From NCBI GenBank assembly GCA_977862235.1, contig OZ374563.1, forward strand, positions 558,001-622,000: DNA of 64,000 nucleotides. The letters run 5' to 3'. Every line of letters starts with the position of its first letter. Position 1 is the first letter of the stretch. This document shows, piece by piece, positions 59,157 through 64,000 of this stretch. Source of the stretch: Dudresnaya verticillata (lineage: Eukaryota). A program made the translations under genes and the position numbers. The notes under the pieces were generated by a model, which worked only from the letters and a program-made list of their open reading frames with translations, was not told the origin of the DNA and did not search any database.

Positions 59157-59603
59157 ATGCATATTGGGTATAATCGCCTGGCACGAGCTTTTCAGAATCC
59201 TCCGTCTACAAAATTTGTTCCAGATCGAGTGCGGCTTTGCTGCAATGGCCTTGCAATGTCTGGAACGTGGACAATGACATACCCTATTAACTCCTCACAT
59301 GTACATCGCGACCGAATTCCGAATCTAGACCCCACGACAATGTTGCGTGAAATTCAGACTCTTCGGGCTGAGGTTCTTGAGATGAGGTCTTTCATTGATG
59401 ACGCACAACTGCGCCTGGATGCCACATATAGCGATGTTTTGAACCGCGTGGGAAAGGTAGTTGTACAGGTGATGAGGTTTGCCAGGCAGGCTCGGGACAG
59501 ACTACGTAAAATTGAAGAAAGGTTGGGAATTGAACACAGAGAAGAGGTGGACATCGAGTTGGATTCAGATCCGGAATCACATTTGCCTGTCCCTCCAGTT
59601 TGA
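59157..59603 (+). CDS. Small coiled-coil protein, distant member of the EDPES family
   Basis: PTTMLREIQTLRAEVLE...LG...DSDPES; true start probably internal. Confidence 0.55.
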   Translation: MHIGYNRLARAFQNPPSTKFVPDRVRLCCNGLAMSGTWTMTYPINSSHVHRDRIPNLDPTTMLREIQTLRAEVLEMRSFIDDAQLRLDATYSDVLNRVGKVVVQVMRFARQARDRLRKIEERLGIEHREEVDIELDSDPESHLPVPPV

Positions 59604-59661
59604 TCGCTATTGCACTGCACACCGACGTGCTCAGTGAGAACGGGCTAGAAGAGAGATCAGA

Positions 59662-59961
59662 ATGATGCGCCAAACACACCAGGAGCTCAGAGGTGAGATT
59701 GACGACCTCCGTTTGCCGGTTCTACAACTGCAAACGAGAGCAAACTATCTCGATGAGCAACTTCGGGCCGTGGCACAAGCCGTGAGGGAGATTTTGTATG
59801 GTGAAGGCAGGCGAGCTGTGAACGCGTTGAGGAGCATTAGGGGAGAGTCAGCGCCCTGTACAGGGCGAATACCAGAATGTATGGTCCAGAACAGAACGAA
59901 CAGATCCCCAGTTCGGATGGAGGGGGGATACCGGAAATGTGTAGCCATCGGCAATCTTTAG
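59662..59961 (+). CDS. Small coiled-coil ORF
   Basis: Heptad-like ELRGEIDDLR...LDEQLRAV; tandem with the preceding ORF. Confidence 0.35.
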   Translation: MMRQTHQELRGEIDDLRLPVLQLQTRANYLDEQLRAVAQAVREILYGEGRRAVNALRSIRGESAPCTGRIPECMVQNRTNRSPVRMEGGYRKCVAIGNL

Positions 59962-61119
59962 AGTAGTGCTAACCCTTCAAGCGGACTAAGGAAACGTTTG
60001 CACGCACGTGAGCGTCTGAATTAAACCCGTACAAACCGGATAATGCTGCATGTTGGCCGTCCAAGTCTTCATCAATCCTCTGGTCAACCTTCTATGTCAA
60101 AGGCAGCAATTCCGGCGGCTAAGGCCAGCTCAGCGTCTGCGTCGGTGATCAAGCCTTCCCAGCACACCAAGCTTCCTCAGACCGATTTGTCCATATACTC
60201 GGTCCAACTATGAGGGGCCGCGATCCGTCGTAAAGACTCGGTGATATGAGGCACGTAGCAAATCATAGAATAGGATGCTCGCACAGCTTCCTCGTCAACT
60301 ACCCGTGGAGTCACGTTCAAAACAGAATGCGGCAGCTGCGAAAAACGAGGACCAGGTATTGTCAGACTGGGGTAAGCACGGAAACGACGCCGCAAGAAAA
60401 GCACTATGCTTTAAGCTCACTACGCCGACGGAAGAAAGACGTCCCGAATCGGCTAGTCGATCAGACTTTCACGGCTCTGAGAGCGCTTCAGCTGAAGCGC
60501 TTAAGCGATTCAAGAATCGGGACCACCAACGATGAGCGCGGAAGAGTTTGGCATAGCTGCTGGAGAGGATCAGCAACATCTTCGCTGGCAACGTCATTGG
60601 CATCGAATACCGCAACAAACGAAGGAGTGACGACCGAGTCAACGTCTATAAGTGGAGGTGCGTTTTTCCGAGGTTTGTTTCCGAAACGGCGTTAACAAGT
60701 GTGTAATCCTATCCCGTGCATCCTGTATTGTGTTATTCCAGTCCTATTAGGCAGTGTAAACACGTCATCTGGGTTTATGGCGTTGTTGATATCAACTGCG
60801 CAGTGTCTGCCAAGCACCCAGTGGGTGGCACGCATAGCAGTGCTTGTTTCTGAAGACAAGCAAGTGAGCCCTGTAACATTATGCTTGGCTTTCCTATCGC
60901 ACGTACGGATAGGATAATCATGACGTGTCGTTTTGGAGAGCTTGCTCCTTAACGAAGATCAGTGGGAGGACTGCCAGGAATTAGAAACTCTCCTCGGCGG
61001 CTGTCGCAGTGAGAACGAGGTTGCGAAAGGATGCAATCAGGGGGATGTGCACAGTACAAACAGATTTCCTTTTTCAAGACGAAGGTGCACGCAGCAACAA
61101 TCTAAGCAACCATACCGAA

Positions 61120-62023
61120 TGTGATGCAAGGGGAGGTGAGCCCTTTTTCGCTGAAAGCGGGCAGACCAAATACGTCGACCGACCGAGAAACCGCCACCGG
61201 CGCTCACCACCGCCGTTGGCGCGCGAACACGTCATCGACGGCTCACTGGGGCGCGCGCGCACACTGCGCGCCGCGCGCCACGCGGGCACTGTACGGTGAT
61301 GGCCCGACGTGGCGCCCCGGGACACTGTAATACGGATCCGGATGGGATCCGAATCCGGTATCCAGATTGGCTATCCGGATCGCCTAAGCTGTAAGATACG
61401 CGCCTGTAAGGCTGTGGGTATTCGCATTGCTGGCCCGATCCGGATGGGATCGGGATCGGACAAGTATCGGATTAGATCTAATGCGCACGCTCTACAGTGC
61501 GCGCGCACGCACGGCTGTAAGGCCCACGCGTCCACGTGTGTGTGTAAGCACCCATACAGGGGATTGAACGGCAACCTGTCAGGCGCGCGGCTGCACGCAA
61601 TCGGTGATCTGTCAGACGCGCCTCGGGACGACACGTGTCCCGAGTTCCCGCGCTACGCATACGCACCGCCGCCGCCGCACCGCCGTACTATACTTTGGTA
61701 AGCCGTCCCATACGTTACAGTAAACGCCCGGGCAAGCCGGCCCTGGCCCCAGACTTCCCCGTTCGGCACGCGCGTATCCTACCGCTGCCTACGGCTAAGC
61801 GTCTACCTCCCGTGCTTCCACATCTACCATCGTCCTTGACGTGTTCCTTTTCTCTTTTCCTTTTCCTTCCTTTCCGCCTCGGGCGTTTACAGTCCGCCCA
61901 AGGCGTGCCCCTTTGCTCTACCACCAAGTCGCCCACGGCGGGACTACCTACCGCCGAGGGCGCAGCTACCCACCGAGCCCCGAACTGCTCGGCGGTCCAT
62001 CGTCTACAGACGTTTGCACCACA
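61120..62023 (+). repeat. 5' LTR of gypsy element E (904 bp)
   Basis: TGTGATGCAA...TTGCACCACA; homologous to the solo LTR 46650-47519; followed by PBS and gag. Confidence 0.9.
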
Positions 62024-62025
62024 TC

Positions 62026-62043
62026 TGGTCTCCCGACCTAGAA
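62026..62043 (+). promoter_or_regulatory. Primer-binding site TGGTCTCCCGACCTAGAA
   Basis: 2 nt after the LTR end; near-identical TGGTCTCCTAACCTAGAA follows LTR D. Confidence 0.75.
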
Positions 62044-62149
62044 AGTGCTACGTTTCAACGAGTTTCTCCGTCGTGCAACGTCCGACTCTCCGTCTTCAGA
62101 CGTTTGTTGCTAATCGTCCACGACGTTCAAGCAACTCTACGATTGTATC

Positions 62150-64000
62150 ATGGCCTCACGACCGCCGCCGTCGCGAGGCCCAAGTTCAAGAAGACCGTCT
62201 TCGACGCCGGGGAGTGTACCCGGGTCAGAGACGTCGCTACAGCGGATGACAACGAGGTCTGGGCGCCTCGTGAGCCCCGAGATAGCGTCGGCGTTCCCAA
62301 CGCTACACCCGGGCCACGGCCACGCAGGTTCCCACGCGTCGCTCAACGGAGGAGAGTTACCTCCCCCGCCGACGCGCAACCCCGTCGTCGTCCGCACCTC
62401 CGTCCCCGAGGGATCGGCCCTCCGCACCTACCGCTCCTACGTTGACTCGGCTGATAGAGTACAAGCCGAGCAACAGGACGTCGTAGACGGAACACAAGCC
62501 GACCTCGTCGAGGGACAACCGGAACTTCCGGATCAACCAACTATTCCCGTCAACGACGATCAAGCGCACTCCGCGGAGCGCAACGTCGTTGACGAACCAT
62601 TGACACACGGGGCATGTTGCCCCACTTCCCACGGCAGTGCCGGTTGTTCGCCGGCTAAGCCGAATTCGCCAAGTCAAAGGGCGCAAGGGACGCCCGACCG
62701 GTCAAACCGCGAAAGCCAACCACCAACGGCGTCACGCTCGGCCGTCCGCGTGAGTAACTTAACGATACCACGCGAACGGATCCGGGAGGTGTGCGTCTTG
62801 GAAGACGATGCGATGCTCGCTAGGTTCGCCGGGTTGCTGGACGACAGTGTCGGAGGAATCGCAAGTCGTCTACAGACGTTGGAAGAGGATCGGAACGGCG
62901 CCCTACAAGGGCTGCGCTCCGACCTCGACCGTCTGTTGACGAACCAAAACGCCCAAGGCGAGGGTACACAACCACCGCCGGCAGTAACGGTTCATTCGCA
63001 TTCGGAGCTTAGCTCACGCGAACGCTTCCAGCGACTTGCGACTCGCTTAGAGCGTCTCGAAACCGCCAAGTGGCGCAACGGTCCACCGTCGGGCGACGAA
63101 AGCTCAGGCGAGGATCGTCACGGACGTAAGGATTGGAAGAGACGCCGTCGTAAGCTGCGTCAGAGACGGAAGAAGAACCGTCATCGACGTGGAGACTCAT
63201 CCTAGTCCTCTTCGGACTCGTCAAGTGACGGAGAGTCATCAGACTCTTCGTCTGAAGATGAAGATTTTCCAACTCTTGGCAGTGCCGCAAGACCTCGCGG
63301 AAAGCGGTTCAAGGGGTTGAAGGAGCTACGCCCCTCCAACCCCCTTTTCGATTAGTTATTATCGTACAGGACGTACCGTCTCAAAGACGTAGGGCAAAAA
63401 CGCTCAGGGCGCGACACGGGTAAGGTCAAAGACCATATCAAGCGCTTGGAGCTGACCATGAAGGACGCCGCCTTCAACGGCAGCGACCCCGTCATGGTCC
63501 TCGAGTTTCTGACGCGTTACGCGGATGAAGCCGATACGCTGGAGATGAGCGAAGCCCAAGCGTTCGTCGCGCTGCCGTACTTCTTGCGAGGTACGGCAGC
63601 CACGCAATTCCGCTCCGTCAAGTCGACGTCTTCTCGCCATCGCGGCGGGGTGTCTTCGTATCCGGAGGCGGTACAATACCTCCTCCGTACGTATGCTACG
63701 CCAGCGGCGATCAGGGACGCTGTCCTCTCCCTACGGTCGACTGCCCAAAAGCAAGGCGAGGACGAGACGATCTATGGGATGCGTCTAGCCGGTGCGTGTA
63801 TTCGTTGCGGTAACGTATATCCCGATTGGGAAAAGATGACGCTGTAAATCGACGGATTAGACCCGTCGATCCCTGTCGCTCGCTTCCGAGAAGAAACGCC
63901 AAGGGCGGAGTTGTCATTTGAGCGGCTGGTCCACTTCGCACAGGACGAAGGGGATGCCAACCGCCCACGACAGAGCCGGTTCCGCGTCAGCACGACGTGA
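62150..64000 (+). pseudogene. gag: gag of gypsy element E (stops/frameshifts; runs off the window)
   Basis: FNGSDPVMVLEFL...YPEAVQYLLRTYA...QKQGEDE, homologous to gag A 16789-17232. Confidence 0.88.

Larger units (their letters stand above)
53506..61119. mobile_element. Second long-TIR family element (left end and cargo; right end not in the window)
   Basis: AACAC start with identical spacing to CAGAAT, then AAAACAGACTG, AAAGGGGAGCGT.CCCTGAG.ACG.TGGT and AGTTAT...GGTTTGCGTG as in 37645-37805; syntenic EDPESEA ORF. Extent beyond ~55 kb is inferred. Confidence 0.65.

Noticed and set aside
60933..61119. hAT-like transposase fragment (LLLNEDQWEDCQELETLL)
   Set aside because: One short motif only; no supporting DDE or dimerisation motifs recognised.
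1..64000. rRNA/tRNA genes or intact host genes
   Set aside because: None recognised by eye; tRNAscan-SE/Infernal would be needed to exclude small RNAs.

Overview
This is eukaryotic, transposon-dense DNA with no intact host gene. The TE repertoire resembles florideophyte red algae (Chondrus/Gracilaria-like); that is inference, not a search result. In order, the window holds: (1) the right ~12 kb of a multi-gene CACTA/CMC-type DNA transposon, with a decayed DDE transposase, two accessory ORFs, a 230-bp tandem array and a CACTA right end at 11892; (2) several nested, truncated Ty3/gypsy elements, some with chromodomain-like integrase tails, plus a solo LTR and a stack of head-to-tail LTRs; (3) an apparently intact DIRS-superfamily tyrosine-recombinase retrotransposon bounded by 348-bp direct repeats; (4) a 7.0-kb element with long TIRs, AACAC...GTGTT termini and a 4-bp TSD, carrying captured host-gene fragments; (5) a decayed Ty1/copia; (6) a second member of the long-TIR family starting at 53506. 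The best candidate for an undescribed system is the cargo of that second element: a decayed ~975-codon gene fusing a ParB/Srx-like N-terminal domain to a beta-class (DPPY) N6-adenine/N4-cytosine DNA methyltransferase. The second candidate is an uncharacterised protein domain ('ORF-X') found three times, apparently in both class I and class II elements.
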